From assembly GCF_039654945.1 (NCBI RefSeq), contig NW_027361788.1:6634001-6698000 (forward strand): 64,000 nt of DNA, read 5' to 3'. Each line of letters begins with the position of its first letter. Position 1 is the first letter of the stretch. A program made the position numbers and the translations under genes. The DNA is from Dendrobates tinctorius. Its lineage: Eukaryota. Positions 62,932 through 64,000 of the stretch are shown piece by piece. The notes beneath the pieces were generated by a model, which saw only the letters and a list, made by a program, of their open reading frames with translations, made no database searches and was not told the DNA's origin.

Positions 62932-64000
62932 GCCCTTTACCCCCAAGAGTGGTTTGCATGTTCATGACCGGGCCAATTTTTACAATTCAGACCACTGTCC
63001 CTTTATAAGGTAATAACTCTGGAACACTTCCATGGATCCCGGTGATTATGACATTGTTTTCTTGCAACATATTGTACTTCATGTTAGTGGTAAAATTTCA
63101 TTAACCCTAACCCTAATGGGAAAATGGAAATAAATACATTTTTTGTATTTTATTATTTTTCCCTAACTAAGGGGGTGATAAAGGGGGGTTTGATTTACTA
63201 TTTATGGTGGGTTTTTATTGTAAAAATAGTTTTTGCATCACCACATTTTGAGAGCTATAATTTTTCCATATTTTGACCGACCATGTCATGTGGGGTCTTA
63301 TTTTTTGCGGGACGAGTTGACGTTTTTATTGGTACCATTTTTGGGCATATGACATTTTATGATAGCTTTTTATTCTGATTTTTGGGATGCAGAATGAAGA
63401 AAAAACAGCATTTCATGAATTTCTTTTGGGGGGTGCGTTTACACCGTTCCACGTGTGGTAAAATTGATTAAGCGGTTTTATTCTTTGGGTCAGTATGATT
63501 ACAGCGATACCTCATTTATGTCTTTTTTTATGTTTTGGCGCTTTTATGCAATGAAACAATTTTATATAAAAAATAATTATTTTTGCATCGCTTTATTCTG
63601 TGAGCTATAACTTTTTTACTTTTTTGCTGATGATGCTGTATAGTGGCTCATTTTTTGCGAGACAAGATGATGTTTTCAGCGGTACCATGGTTATTTATAT
63701 CTGTCTTTTTTATCACGGGTTATTGCACTTTTTGTTCGGCGGTATGATAATAAAGCATTATTTTTTGCTTTGTTTTTTATTTTTATTTTTTAAGGGGTTC
63801 AATAAAGGGGTTAACTAGTGGGACACTTTTATAGGGCAGGTCGTTACGGATGCAGCGATACCAAATATGTGTACTTTTATTGTTTTTTTTTTATTTCCAA
63901 AAAATGAATTTATTAGGGAATATTTTTTTTTTTATTTAGCGATTTTTTTTTATAAATTATTTTTACACTTTTTTTTTCACTTTATTACATTGTCCCAGGG
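62932..64000. mobile_element. piggyBac-like TTAA element, opposite orientation to 55207-57191, running off the window
   Basis: TTAA at 62928-31, then GCCCTTTACCCCCAAG.GTGGT..., the reverse complement of about 57020-57191. Contains TAACCCTAACCCTAA at about 63102. Confidence 0.8.

Noticed and set aside
52913-64000. Further receptor exons (GAIN/7TM)
   Set aside because: None recognised. The region is almost entirely transposon-derived, so the gene presumably continues beyond the window, although a small exon could have been missed.

Overview
Eukaryotic (vertebrate) genomic DNA. The repeat families suggest an anuran amphibian, but that is inference. One host gene is visible: the 5' half of a pentraxin-domain adhesion GPCR on the + strand, best matching ADGRD2/GPR144. 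Six coding exons join in frame with canonical GT-AG boundaries (18150-18215, 21409-21466, 22604-22801, 43615-44250, 52353-52451, 52824-52912). No GAIN or 7TM exons were found before the window ends. Most of the rest is transposable elements. A full-length Ty1/Copia LTR element (26568-42515) sits in an old Tc1 copy and is itself interrupted by two solo LTRs and a 9.2-kb chimeric hAT transposon. A Penelope-like element (45102-48224) is arranged as a 1.28-kb near-perfect inverted repeat with a 17-bp TSD and hammerhead-ribozyme motifs, and shorter hammerhead-bearing elements share that architecture. Also present are five or more Tc1/mariner copies (one DD35E-like), a second decayed hAT, piggyBac-like TTAA elements carrying TTAGGG-like repeats, CR1 and L2 LINE ends, a tRNA-derived SINE, MITEs and minisatellites. 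The most notable observations are (1) the receptor's pentraxin exon appears inserted into a split C-type-lectin fold, (2) a recurring 'TSD - long arm - inverted short arm - TSD' Penelope/hammerhead architecture, (3) a long hAT N-terminal extension with motifs conserved between divergent copies, and (4) a deep nested-insertion stack in one intron. No CRISPR array, rRNA or genuine tRNA gene was found. All alignments and counts were made by eye.
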